From assembly GCF_002943755.1 (NCBI RefSeq), contig NZ_MQUB01000001.1:2767653-2831652 (forward strand): a stretch of 64,000 bases of DNA. The letters are read 5' to 3'. A model generated the notes under the pieces. It saw nothing but the letters and a program-made list of their open reading frames with translations. It did no database searches and was not told the origin of the DNA. This document shows positions 10,501 through 20,114 of this stretch, one piece after another; position 1 is the first letter of the stretch, and every line of letters begins with the position of its first letter. The DNA comes from Aureitalea marina. GTDB lineage: Bacteria; Bacteroidota; Bacteroidia; Flavobacteriales; Flavobacteriaceae. The position numbers were made by a program, and so were the translations under genes.

Positions 10501-10970
10501 TTGACCACGGCGTTTTGATTGTTACCAACTGTGACACCACGGGAAAGGCTTCCTACTGTGTTAAGTCCCTCCAGCGGGCTGAATTCACGTTTATCTCCTG
10601 CCTGTTGCAGGGCATATAGTTTATCGATATCCCCGGTAGATTGAACCACAATGGATTCGTCCAATTCAAAGTATTCCCTGGTCAGGAAATCCGGGTAAGC
10701 CCGATAGAGGATCACCACGGAGTCTTGTTGCCTCTGAAGAGCGGGACTTGGAAATAACAATCCACTTTGAAAATCGATGGCATAGCTCAAAGAATCCACG
10801 GACTGACCGGCTGTGGTTTCCAATTTAAAGCCGAGGGGATTGATGGAAACAGAATCTACCCTGACCGTATCGGCCAGTTTTACGCGTTTGCTCTGGAGAT
10901 CCGGTCGATTATCCTGGGCAAATACCATGGCGGTAAGCCACCACAATAGGAAAAGAATCCGGAATTTCAT
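7558..10970 (-). pseudogene. Large (~1120 aa if joined) outer-membrane beta-barrel protein. In this sequence it is split into two ORFs (9480..10970 N-terminal part with signal peptide; 7558..9435 C-terminal part ending in ...LRAYF) by a 1-nt frameshift in a C5/G5 homopolymer.
   Basis: The upstream ORF has signal peptide MKFRILFLLWWLTAMVFAQ and ends ...NLHVGE*. The downstream ORF has no signal peptide, is rich in amphipathic beta-strands and ends in a C-terminal Phe. Adding one G to the GGGGG run (minus strand; plus-strand CCCCC at 9485-9489) gives a continuous reading ...HVGGVNGSYRPTERTRIDFEMAGSYNDL... Confidence 0.5.
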
Positions 10971-11091
10971 CAGCTATTTAACTACTGTAGCCCGGGATTT
11001 ATTTTGTTGAAGACTATTGAATATCTTTCGCGGGCCACCACTGGTAAAAATACGATGTTATTTAATTTAGTCTCCACCCATAAACCAAAGC

Positions 11092-11859
11092 ATGAAAATC
11101 ATTTCCTATAACGTAAACGGGATTCGCGCCGCAATGAAAAAAGGACTACTGGAGTGGTTGCAACAAGCCGACCCCGACGTTCTGTTGATTCAAGAGACCA
11201 AGGCCATGAGAGACCAGGTGGATCTCCAGGCAATTGATGATGCCGGATATCCTCATCATTACTGGTACAGTGCCCAAAAGAAAGGCTATAGCGGGGTTGC
11301 TGTCCTATCTAAGCACGAGCCACATCATGTGGAGTACGGAACAGGGATCGATTATATGGACAATGAGGGGAGAAATTTGCGACTGGACTTTGAAGATTTT
11401 TCCGTGATGAGTATGTACCTGCCCAGTGGGACCAACATCGCCAGACTAGAGCATAAACTTCAGTATATGGCCGATTTCCAGGAATATATCGACCATCTTA
11501 AGCGAGATACACCTAAGCTGGTGATAGGGGGAGATTACAATATCTGCCATGAGGCAATCGATATTCACGATCCGGTCCGAAATAAGAATGTCTCTGGTTT
11601 CCTTCCTGTGGAACGGGAGTGGATAGGGAATTTCATCGATTCTGGTTTCATCGATTCCTTCCGTCATTTCAACAAAGAACCTCATAATTACACCTGGTGG
11701 AGCTACAGGGCCAATGCTAGGGCCAATAACAAAGGGTGGAGGATAGATTACAATATGGTAGCCCAACCCTTACAAGAAAACCTGAAAAGAGCCGTTATTC
11801 TACCTGAAGCTCACCACAGCGATCACTGCCCGCATTTGGTGGAGCTCAATTTTGACTAA
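11092..11859 (+). CDS. xth: Exodeoxyribonuclease III (AP endonuclease, ExoIII/APE1 family)
   Basis: 255 aa. MKIISYNVNGIRAA...LLIQETK N-terminus and a C-terminal SDHCP motif, typical of Xth. Confidence 0.9.
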   Translation: MKIISYNVNGIRAAMKKGLLEWLQQADPDVLLIQETKAMRDQVDLQAIDDAGYPHHYWYSAQKKGYSGVAVLSKHEPHHVEYGTGIDYMDNEGRNLRLDFEDFSVMSMYLPSGTNIARLEHKLQYMADFQEYIDHLKRDTPKLVIGGDYNICHEAIDIHDPVRNKNVSGFLPVEREWIGNFIDSGFIDSFRHFNKEPHNYTWWSYRANARANNKGWRIDYNMVAQPLQENLKRAVILPEAHHSDHCPHLVELNFD

Positions 11860-11860
11860 T

Positions 11861-12829
11861 ATGATTTTGAAGAAACTGATTACCCGAATGCTCGGGCTTA
11901 TGCTGCTGATAGTGATTATGAACTCCTGTGTGTCCTCCCGAATGTACCAGGACCTGCAAGATATATACGATGAGGCTATGACCGAGAACCAGGAACTCTG
12001 GGACCGGTTGAACGAGAAAGATAAGCCGAGTAGTAACTGGAATAAAGAGGCACTGGACAAGAAGATGGCCCAGTTGGAATCGGAAAATCGCAGTCTGGCC
12101 ATGGAACTGGCGGCTCAAAAGAATCGATTTGATCGACTACAGGAGTCTTATGATGCCATGGAAGCGAACAGCTCTGCCTCCTTGTCGGATAACCTCGATA
12201 GGAACCGTGCTCTGCTGATCGAGTTGGCCGAGAAGGAAAAAGCCCTTAATGCCGAAGCTTCCAGATTGGACAGTTTGCAAAGGGAGTTGGAATACCGATC
12301 TGAGCGGATCACAGAACTAGAAGGCATTATTTCTTCCAAGGACAAACAAATGCGCGACCTCAAGGATGCCATTTCGAGAGCGTTGACCAATTTTGAAGGT
12401 AATGGCTTAACTGTAGAGCAAAGAGGTGGCAAGATCTATGTTTCCATGGAGAATAAACTCTTATTCCAAAGCGGAAGTTGGGCAGTGAATTCAAGGGGGC
12501 GTAAAGCTGTAGAGGCCCTGGGTTCTGTTTTGGCTCAGAATCCACAGATCGATGTGCTCATAGAGGGACATACGGATAATGTACCCTACGGCGGCAACGG
12601 AAACATCAAGGATAACTGGGACCTCTCTACCAAACGGGCTACCTCTATCGTGGCTATCTTAAGCGAGAATTCCGGAGTGTCTCGAGCTAATCTTACCGCA
12701 GCAGGAAGGAGCGAATACGCTCCGGTTACCAGAAACAGCACAGCGGAAGGGCGCGCCAGTAACCGGCGTATCGAAGTGATCCTTTCTCCTAAACTGGATG
12801 AGATCAGTAAAATGTTGGAAGATTTTTAG
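11861..12829 (+). CDS. OmpA-family lipoprotein with a long N-terminal coiled coil and a C-terminal OmpA/MotB peptidoglycan-binding domain (ORF opens at a TTG at 11852; the ATG at 11861 is the likely start)
   Basis: Lipobox LIVIMNSCVSS. A heptad-rich region of ~180 aa. C-terminal OmpA block (...GHTDNVPY...NWDLSTKRA...RRIEVIL). Confidence 0.7.
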   Translation: MILKKLITRMLGLMLLIVIMNSCVSSRMYQDLQDIYDEAMTENQELWDRLNEKDKPSSNWNKEALDKKMAQLESENRSLAMELAAQKNRFDRLQESYDAMEANSSASLSDNLDRNRALLIELAEKEKALNAEASRLDSLQRELEYRSERITELEGIISSKDKQMRDLKDAISRALTNFEGNGLTVEQRGGKIYVSMENKLLFQSGSWAVNSRGRKAVEALGSVLAQNPQIDVLIEGHTDNVPYGGNGNIKDNWDLSTKRATSIVAILSENSGVSRANLTAAGRSEYAPVTRNSTAEGRASNRRIEVILSPKLDEISKMLEDF

Positions 12830-12830
12830 A

Positions 12831-14192
12831 TCAGCCAAACAGGTGACGCACCAGGTCAGAAACCTTGGCAATCCGAATCACCTGTATACCGTGATCTGTT
12901 TTCCCGAGTTTCGCTTGTTTGGAAATAACAATAGAGCTAAAACCTAGTTTCTCTGCCTCGGTTATTCGTTGGTCAATGCGGGTAACCGGCCTGACCTCTC
13001 CGGCCAGTCCGATCTCGGCAGCAAAACAAATTCCCTTATCTACAGTTATGTCTACATTGGAAGACAGTACGGCGGCCACAACGGCGAGGTCGATCGCCGG
13101 ATCGTCAACTGTGATCCCTCCGGTAACATTGAGGAAGACATCCTTTGCACCCAGTTTAAAACCTGCTCTTTTTTCCAGAACAGCCAGGATCATGTTCAGT
13201 CTTTTGGTATTGTAACCAGTTGTGCTGCGTTGAGGTGTTCCGTAGACGGCTGTGCTGACCAGGGCTTGTATCTCGATCATCAAGGGTCGCATTCCTTCCA
13301 GGGTCGCTGCTATGGCTGTACCACTCAAACCCTCATCGATCTTGGAGATCAGTATCTCGGAGGGGTTGACTACTTCTCTAAGACCGCTTCCCTGCATCTC
13401 ATAGATTCCTAATTCGTTAGTGCTTCCAAAACGGTTCTTCTGGGCTCTCAGGATACGGTAGATATGATTGCGATCTCCTTCAAACTGGAGTACGGTATCC
13501 ACCATATGCTCCAGGATCTTTGGTCCGGCTATGTTCCCGTCCTTGGTAATATGACCGATCAGGATTACCGGGGTATGGGTCTCTTTGGCAAATTTTATCA
13601 GCTCTGAGGTACACTCCCTGATCTGAGAGATACTGCCAGCGCTACTCTCAATGTGATCCGTTTGCAGAGTCTGTATGGAATCGATCACTAGAATATCGGG
13701 TTGTAATTCGCTAATATGCCGGAAAATGTTCTGGGTCTTGGTCTCTGTTAAGATGAAGCAGTTTTCTGAATCAGGATGAACCCTTTCTGCTCGCATCTTG
13801 ATCTGTTGGGCGCTTTCTTCTCCCGAAACATAAAGTGTTTTGAAAGGTATCTTCAAGGCGATCTGCAACATCAGTGTACTCTTCCCGATTCCTGGTTCTC
13901 CACCCAATAACACCAGTGAGCCCCCAACCAGGCCACCTCCCAAAACCCGATTCAATTCCTCGTTTCCGGTGTCCAGCCTTCGGTCCTGTTGTGCGCTAAT
14001 ATCTCGTATCCGTTCAGGTTTGGCTGCTTTTTTCGATAAAGGTTGCTGACTGTCCCATCCTGCCTTGGTGGGCCTCTGGATGACCTCCTCGACTATGGTA
14101 TTCCACTGCTTGCATGAAGTACATTGTCCTTGCCATTTGGAATATTGACTGCCACAGTGTTGGCAAAAGAATGCTGTCTTGGTCTTGGCCAT
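12831..14192 (-). CDS. radA: DNA repair protein RadA (Sms)
   Basis: N-terminal Cys4 zinc finger (CQHCGSQYSKWQGQCTSCKQWNT), Walker A GEPGIGKST, and a Lon-like C-terminal domain. Confidence 0.9.
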   Translation of the reverse strand: MAKTKTAFFCQHCGSQYSKWQGQCTSCKQWNTIVEEVIQRPTKAGWDSQQPLSKKAAKPERIRDISAQQDRRLDTGNEELNRVLGGGLVGGSLVLLGGEPGIGKSTLMLQIALKIPFKTLYVSGEESAQQIKMRAERVHPDSENCFILTETKTQNIFRHISELQPDILVIDSIQTLQTDHIESSAGSISQIRECTSELIKFAKETHTPVILIGHITKDGNIAGPKILEHMVDTVLQFEGDRNHIYRILRAQKNRFGSTNELGIYEMQGSGLREVVNPSEILISKIDEGLSGTAIAATLEGMRPLMIEIQALVSTAVYGTPQRSTTGYNTKRLNMILAVLEKRAGFKLGAKDVFLNVTGGITVDDPAIDLAVVAAVLSSNVDITVDKGICFAAEIGLAGEVRPVTRIDQRITEAEKLGFSSIVISKQAKLGKTDHGIQVIRIAKVSDLVRHLFG

Positions 14193-14206
14193 AGAATCAA
14201 ATAGCC

Positions 14207-15361
14207 TTAATAGCCGAAGTCTTCCTTGATCTTCTCGGCCTTATCCAGCATCAGATCTACAGTTATAAAATCTACTTCTTCCTTGTTGTAAGCACCTTGA
14301 TAGGTCCTCATGGCCCGCTTGGGCTGTCCCATCTCCTCGTAGTACCTGGCTAGGAAGTAATCGCCTAAAACCGTATCCGGATATTGCTTTCTCGCCATAT
14401 CCGCAATGGCTTTGAGGGATTCCCATTGCTTTAGTTTTTCCGCAGCTGTCCCGGTGGCAATAAAATCGTTGATCCGGACGTCATTGTCAATGCCAAACAA
14501 CTCCTTGATCGTACTGTATTTATCTACCAAATATTGATGAACAGGAGTATCCAGCTTGAGTAAGACTTCGTCAAATTCCCGTTTGGAGATGGGTCGATAT
14601 ACCTGGAATATCTTCTCCAAGGCAGAAGGGATTCCCCGTCCAACTAGTGAATAATGAGTTGCCCCATCAAAGTTGTCATAATAATACTCGAAGTTATCCG
14701 AGCTTAAGGGACTGAGTATCTCATTGAGTTCTTCCGAGATCTGCATAAGATCTTGAATGTCATCGGTTCCTGTACCCAGGTAATAGTAGATCTTGGAGTT
14801 GATCTCCGGAATTCGCTCAGGTAGTCTCTCGTCCATCAAGGGAGCCAGGTCTGGGCTTAAGCAGATATACCCATTGAATAGAGGAGGATCCTTAAACAGG
14901 AAATAGTTCAGATAGTTAGCAGAAAAGTCATGCCCCACTGCAATGACAAATTGGGCCGTCCTAAAATTCTGATCGACGTAGGGCATCAATTCCAATCCGA
15001 TGAACTCGAAGAAATCAGCGCTTCGATCTTCAGGGAAAAAGGTGATGTCATCGTAACCGCAATCGTCGTATCTGTCGTCTCCTTGCATAATGCCAATTAC
15101 GATGGATTCCGGCATGTCCTCCCAATAACTGAAATAATCGACGTTTCCAGCAACCGGTTCGAATAAATAGTTCGCATCCAATACCAATACGATAGGATAA
15201 TTCTTTTCTGTATTCTCCTCGTAGTCTCGAGGTAACTGGATCTTAAGTTTTCGGGTCTGGTCTAGTTTGACAGACTCAAATTCTTCATAAATGATCTTGG
15301 ATTGTGTCCACCCAATGCTTGTAGTGAGCATCAAAATGGTCAGAAGGAGGGCATTTTTCAT
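14207..15361 (-). CDS. Secreted alpha/beta-hydrolase-fold protein (putative esterase) with a C-terminal helical region (ORF extends to 15412; the Met at 15361 gives the signal peptide MKNALLLTILMLTTSIGWTQS)
   Basis: Signal peptide and general esterase-like architecture. No catalytic motif identified with confidence. Confidence 0.45.
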   Translation of the reverse strand: MKNALLLTILMLTTSIGWTQSKIIYEEFESVKLDQTRKLKIQLPRDYEENTEKNYPIVLVLDANYLFEPVAGNVDYFSYWEDMPESIVIGIMQGDDRYDDCGYDDITFFPEDRSADFFEFIGLELMPYVDQNFRTAQFVIAVGHDFSANYLNYFLFKDPPLFNGYICLSPDLAPLMDERLPERIPEINSKIYYYLGTGTDDIQDLMQISEELNEILSPLSSDNFEYYYDNFDGATHYSLVGRGIPSALEKIFQVYRPISKREFDEVLLKLDTPVHQYLVDKYSTIKELFGIDNDVRINDFIATGTAAEKLKQWESLKAIADMARKQYPDTVLGDYFLARYYEEMGQPKRAMRTYQGAYNKEEVDFITVDLMLDKAEKIKEDFGY

Positions 15362-15421
15362 GTTGAGCAGAATTGGATAGCGAAAGATACTAAAATTAGC
15401 TCCCTGCGTCAACCTGATAGC

Positions 15422-16387
15422 TCAATCTCGGTCTCTGTTGTAGATGGGTAATACGATCAGTGAGATCAGGCCGAATAGCACAAGCGAAGCTATATTAGCG
15501 GTCCAGACGATCCAGCCAAAAGCGGTTCCGACAGTTTCCGGGACACCAAAAAGAAAGAGTATTCCTGCAACTACGGCGGGATAGGTCCCAAATCCACTGT
15601 TGGTAAAGGCAAAAGTGAAGCTTCCCACCACAAAGGTTACTACCAGAGTGCTCCAGGAGATGGAAGCTGTTATATCAAGGGCCTTGGTCGAGACATAAAA
15701 AGAAAGCAAGTAAAGAGCCCAGATCACACAGCTCTGCAGGACAAAGTTCCACTTCTTTTTCATCTTCAGTATGCTCAACAAGCCATCCTTTAACCCACTG
15801 AGAAAACCGACGATCTTACCCAGGATCCCGCCCTTAATGTATCGTAGGGTGAGAAATCCGACTACGGAACAAAAGGCCAGTATGATCAAAACCAACACAG
15901 CCTTGTCAATTAGGCCATTTTCCTGGAGATAGGACTGTAATTCTTCGAACTTAAGGCTCAAGGCCAATGCAGTGAACCCCATCAGGAAAAGCAGATCGAC
16001 AACCCGTTCAGATATAATGGTTCCAAATCCCTTGTCGAAAGGAACCTTCTCGTACTTCTGCAAGACCACGGCCCTGGACACCTCTCCGGATTTGGGGATG
16101 AATATGTTCATTAAATAGGCCACAGAGACTGCCATGAAGTTGTTGGCAAGATCCGGTTTATAGCCTAAAGGTTCCAGCATAAAATTCCAGCGATAGGCTC
16201 GGATAACATGGCTCAGTATGGATAAGGTCACGGCCAGTACCACCATGAGGTAGTCCGCTTCGGCGAAATAGAATTTTACCTCGGCCAACTGTTCCGGGCT
16301 AAACCGGTTGTAAATGTACCAGGTCAAGAAGATCCCTAATCCGAGAGGAATGGCGATCTGCAGAAAGCGAGCTGCTTTGCGTTTCAA
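15422..16387 (-). CDS. Lysylphosphatidylglycerol-synthase-TM-region-like ('flippase-like', UPF0104) integral membrane protein
   Basis: 321 aa, ~8 TM helices. The N-terminal LGLGIFLTWYIY...RAYRWNFMLEPLG block is typical of this family. Directly downstream of panD. Confidence 0.55.
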   Translation of the reverse strand: MKRKAARFLQIAIPLGLGIFLTWYIYNRFSPEQLAEVKFYFAEADYLMVVLAVTLSILSHVIRAYRWNFMLEPLGYKPDLANNFMAVSVAYLMNIFIPKSGEVSRAVVLQKYEKVPFDKGFGTIISERVVDLLFLMGFTALALSLKFEELQSYLQENGLIDKAVLVLIILAFCSVVGFLTLRYIKGGILGKIVGFLSGLKDGLLSILKMKKKWNFVLQSCVIWALYLLSFYVSTKALDITASISWSTLVVTFVVGSFTFAFTNSGFGTYPAVVAGILFLFGVPETVGTAFGWIVWTANIASLVLFGLISLIVLPIYNRDRD

Positions 16388-16388
16388 A

Positions 16389-16739
16389 TTAGTTTAGCAG
16401 GTTATTTTCCTCGTTGGGAAATACTAAGGCCGGCTTAAATGCTTTAGCCTCTTCTACAGACATGATCGCATAGGTGATCAATATCAGAACGTCTCCAGGG
16501 GCCACCTTTCGCGCGGCAGCTCCATTAAGTGTTATCTCTCCACTATTGCGGGGGCCTGGTATGGCGTAGGTTTCCAGGCGCTCGCCGTTGTTGTTGTTAA
16601 CAATCTGCACCTTCTCCCCCTCGATTATATTGGCGGCATCCATCAGGTCTTCATCAATGGTGATGCTGCCGATATAATTCAGATCAGCACCGGTTACTTT
16701 AACACGGTGAATCTTCGATTTAACCACATGTATTTGCAT
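16389..16739 (-). CDS. panD: Aspartate 1-decarboxylase (pyruvoyl-dependent)
   Basis: 116 aa. [38 protein letters not shown] matches PanD, including the G-S self-cleavage site. Confidence 0.9.
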   Translation of the reverse strand: MQIHVVKSKIHRVKVTGADLNYIGSITIDEDLMDAANIIEGEKVQIVNNNNGERLETYAIPGPRNSGEITLNGAAARKVAPGDVLILITYAIMSVEEAKAFKPALVFPNEENNLLN

Positions 16740-16752
16740 GGGCGCAAAGATA

Positions 16753-17601
16753 CTAATTTAAGCCCATATTATCGATGAGACGGACTCCCTCCAAAAAGGC
16801 GGCAATAAAGCCTCTGCAGCTTGTTTCTCCCTGGTTTTCAGTAACGGTTTCAAGTTGGTCTGCAGTTGCGATCTCGAAGTATTCCAGTTCAAATTCCGGC
16901 CTGAGTTCGAATCGCCTGTTTATTGCAGTTTTTAATTCGGCAATCGAAAGCTGGTCAAAATGATCCTTGGCCCAAAGCAAGGATTGGTAGATAAGTGAGG
17001 CTTGTTGCAGCCCATCTTCGCTGAGGCGTTTGTTGCGTGAGCTCATGGCCAGACCATTGGGTTCCCTGTAGATGGGGCAGCCCACAATTTCGAGGTCCAA
17101 GGACTCAAGTCGAGTAAGTTCTTTCACGATGAGCAGCTGCTGATAGTCTTTTTCTCCGAAATACGCACGATTGGGTGAAACTGCGCGAAACAACAAATTC
17201 AACACACTGCCAACACCATCGAAATGACCCTGACGAAATCGGCCCTCCATCACCTGCTCCAGTGCCCCAAAATCATATGACTTCGAGCGAACGTCTCCGT
17301 CGTAGAGGTCGTCTGGTTCTGGATTGTAGACCCAGATATTTTGAGATAATCCTGACAATAGGTCGAGATCACCCTCCAGATCTCGCGGGTATTTATTCAG
17401 ATCGGATGGATTGTCAAACTGGGTCGGATTGACAAAAATACTCACCACGACCTGCTCATTTTCATCTAGGGCCTGTTGGACCAGCGATAGATGTCCCGGG
17501 TGTAGAGCACCCATGGTTGGGACCAGGCCGATCTGACCATTTTTGGCCTTGATTTCAGTTAAGGATTTGGCCAGATCCAGCTTCTTTGAAAATAGCTCCA
17601 T
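16753..17601 (-). CDS. panC: Pantoate--beta-alanine ligase
   Basis: 282 aa. [20 protein letters not shown]-like motif of PanC. Adjacent to panD. Confidence 0.9.
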   Translation of the reverse strand: MELFSKKLDLAKSLTEIKAKNGQIGLVPTMGALHPGHLSLVQQALDENEQVVVSIFVNPTQFDNPSDLNKYPRDLEGDLDLLSGLSQNIWVYNPEPDDLYDGDVRSKSYDFGALEQVMEGRFRQGHFDGVGSVLNLLFRAVSPNRAYFGEKDYQQLLIVKELTRLESLDLEIVGCPIYREPNGLAMSSRNKRLSEDGLQQASLIYQSLLWAKDHFDQLSIAELKTAINRRFELRPEFELEYFEIATADQLETVTENQGETSCRGFIAAFLEGVRLIDNMGLN

Positions 17602-17705
17602 CAGAAGAGTTTAAGCGTGTTCAAAATTATGATTTTGCCCTCAATCTGCATAAATTTTCGTACTTTTGCATCCTTTAACAGATACCCCCAGGAAAAGTCA
17701 ATTGT

Positions 17706-18515
17706 ATGAAAGATAAAAGAATCTTGTATGTGTCTTCTGAAGTTATTCCATATCTGCCGGAGACCGAGATTTCTTCCATGTCGTTCGAGGCCCCGCGAAT
17801 GGTGAATAGCAATGGCGGACAGATCCGCATCTTCATGCCAAGATACGGCAACATCAATGAGCGTAGACACCAATTACACGAAGTGATAAGACTTTCAGGT
17901 ATGAACCTGGTTATCAATGACATGGACATGCCTTTGATCATAAAAGTAGCTTCAATTCCGAAGGAGCGCATGCAGGTCTATTTTATCGATAACGAAGATT
18001 ATTTTAAGCGAAAGTCTACCTACACTGATGAGGACGGTAAGCTGTTCGACGATAATGACGAAAGAGCGATCTTCTTTGCTAAAGGCGTCATTGAAACGGT
18101 GAAGAAGCTGAATTGGGCTCCGGACATCATCCATGTTCATGGTTGGATGGCCTCTTTGCTGCCTTTGTATCTGAAGAACTACTTTTCCAACGAACCCTTG
18201 TTTGAGAATAGTAAGGTGGTCACTTCAGTTTACAACCATGGCTTTAATGGTGACCTGGCAGCAGATTGTGTCGATAAGATCAAATTTGACGGAATAGAGC
18301 AAGATCAGATCGAAGATCTGAAAGAACCCAACTACACCAACCTGATGAAAGTGGCCATCAATAATTCCGACGCGCTGATCATAGGCTCTGAAGAACTACC
18401 TGCGGAATTGAGCAAAGTATTGATGGAAACTGATAAACCTGTGTTAAAATATCACAGTAAAGAGGATTTTTCCGAGGCATATCTTGATTTTTACCAGAAT
18501 CAAGTACTGGATTAA
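17706..18515 (+). CDS. Glycogen/starch-synthase-like protein consisting only of the N-terminal GT5 domain (269 aa; no C-terminal GT1 half)
   Basis: ILYVSSEVIPY...IHVHGWMASLLPLYLK resembles the GlgA N-terminal Rossmann domain. The length is about half a normal GlgA. Confidence 0.55.
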   Translation: MKDKRILYVSSEVIPYLPETEISSMSFEAPRMVNSNGGQIRIFMPRYGNINERRHQLHEVIRLSGMNLVINDMDMPLIIKVASIPKERMQVYFIDNEDYFKRKSTYTDEDGKLFDDNDERAIFFAKGVIETVKKLNWAPDIIHVHGWMASLLPLYLKNYFSNEPLFENSKVVTSVYNHGFNGDLAADCVDKIKFDGIEQDQIEDLKEPNYTNLMKVAINNSDALIIGSEELPAELSKVLMETDKPVLKYHSKEDFSEAYLDFYQNQVLD

Positions 18516-18533
18516 CATATTAGGCGTTCTTGT

Positions 18534-20108
18534 ATGATGCGACGAAAGGTATGGTGGAATGTGGCCGCGATCCTGGCCACGGTAATTGTAATTTCATCCT
18601 GCGAGGAGGAATTCTACACCATTGGGACGGAACTTATCTCCCAAGATATAATAGTAAATGTTGATAGTAGCAGGACTGTAATTAGTTATAGCCGTAAATT
18701 GGTTCCTGTTCAGACCAACGATATGCAAGCATACCGCATGGGGATCTACAATGACCCTGTTTATGGTAAGTCGGTATCCAATTTTCTCGGTCAGATCACC
18801 CTGAACCAACAGAACCCGTCGTTCGGTGATAGCGCCGTTGTAGACAGTGTTTTCTTGTATTTCCCTTTCTTTAGTCAACAGCAGACCAATAATGAAGGTG
18901 AGGTAGAGTATACCTTAGACTCTGTTTACGGGGACACACCCTATCGCCTGGAGATCTATGAATCGCAGTTCTTTTTGAGAGACTTCGATCCGGATAGCAA
19001 TTTTGAAGATCCCCAGAACTACTATTCAAACCAAGGACAAACCTTCGAGCAATTCCTGGGGCCCCAGATTGGGCTGGTAGAGTCATTTGTCCCCTCTGAT
19101 GAAGGGACTGTGATCAACGAAGGAGAAAATGATGAGGAACAATTAGGTCCTGGAATCAGGGTTCGTCTGGACAACGAATTCTTCCAGGAAAAGATCATTT
19201 CTAAGGAAGGTGAACCCGAGTTACTCACCAACAACAACTTCAAAGATTACTTCCGGGGCATATATCTCAAAGCAGTTGAGACCGGAAATGGAGACAACTA
19301 CTTTATCTTTAATGGTGCTGCTCCTACAGTAACCATGTATTACAGCTTCAATTCCGAAGGAGGAGTGGGAGACGATGGTGGAAGTGACGATGATGACGAC
19401 GATGGTCGAGGCAGTGCCTCCCTGGTCTTCTCGTTCAACGCCATCAGTGTAAATACCATAGACGAAGAATTTCCAGCCGATATTCTGGCTGCGTTAAGTA
19501 ATCCAAATACAACTCAAGGAGAAGAGACCTTATACATCCGTGGAGGTCAGGGAGCCATTTCGGTTATCGAGTTGTTTGGTGAGGACACAGACAATGATGG
19601 TGTGCCGGAAGAACTGGAAGAGCTAAGGGCAAATGAGTGGTTGATCAACGATGCGAGTTTGTTTATGTACATCGACCAGGACAAGGTAACCGGAGGTGCT
19701 GCAGAACCAGAACGGATCAAATTATATGACATCGAGAACGAGCGTTTGCTCATCGATTACTCCTTCGATCTCACGGCTGGTAATGCGGCCATCGATGCCA
19801 TTACCACTCACTTGGGCCGTATTGAAAGAGGTTCCGATGATGAGGGAGATTTCTACCGTCTTCGAATCACCAATCACCTGAGTAGATTGATCAATGACGA
19901 CTCCACTAATGTTGCTTTAGGATTAGTGGTATCTCAGAATGTATTGTTGACTGATCAGCAGGATACAGAAAGTACACAAGGTCCGGGGATCAATGCCCTG
20001 CCACAAAGCTCTATATTGTCTCATGAAGGAACCGTCTTGCACGGTAATCTAAGTCCCTTCGAGAATAAAAAACTCAAACTAAAGATCTCTTATACTCTCC
20101 CAAATTAA
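18534..20108 (+). CDS. Lipoprotein of unknown function (DUF4270-like) with an internal poly-Asp/Gly low-complexity tract
   Basis: Lipobox VISSCEEEF, 524 aa, D-rich stretch GDDGGSDDDDDDGRGS. My recollection is that this family sits next to the glgA-like gene in Flavobacteriia; I cannot verify that here. Confidence 0.45.
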   Translation: MMRRKVWWNVAAILATVIVISSCEEEFYTIGTELISQDIIVNVDSSRTVISYSRKLVPVQTNDMQAYRMGIYNDPVYGKSVSNFLGQITLNQQNPSFGDSAVVDSVFLYFPFFSQQQTNNEGEVEYTLDSVYGDTPYRLEIYESQFFLRDFDPDSNFEDPQNYYSNQGQTFEQFLGPQIGLVESFVPSDEGTVINEGENDEEQLGPGIRVRLDNEFFQEKIISKEGEPELLTNNNFKDYFRGIYLKAVETGNGDNYFIFNGAAPTVTMYYSFNSEGGVGDDGGSDDDDDDGRGSASLVFSFNAISVNTIDEEFPADILAALSNPNTTQGEETLYIRGGQGAISVIELFGEDTDNDGVPEELEELRANEWLINDASLFMYIDQDKVTGGAAEPERIKLYDIENERLLIDYSFDLTAGNAAIDAITTHLGRIERGSDDEGDFYRLRITNHLSRLINDDSTNVALGLVVSQNVLLTDQQDTESTQGPGINALPQSSILSHEGTVLHGNLSPFENKKLKLKISYTLPN

Positions 20109-20114
20109 CTTACC

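Noticed and set aside
12969-13412. 147-aa plus-strand ORF (and 12919..13215)
   Set aside because: Antisense to radA. No features.
19370-19410. GAC/GAT-rich repetitive DNA
   Set aside because: Encodes a poly-Asp/Gly low-complexity loop inside the DUF4270-like ORF. Not an independent repeat element.
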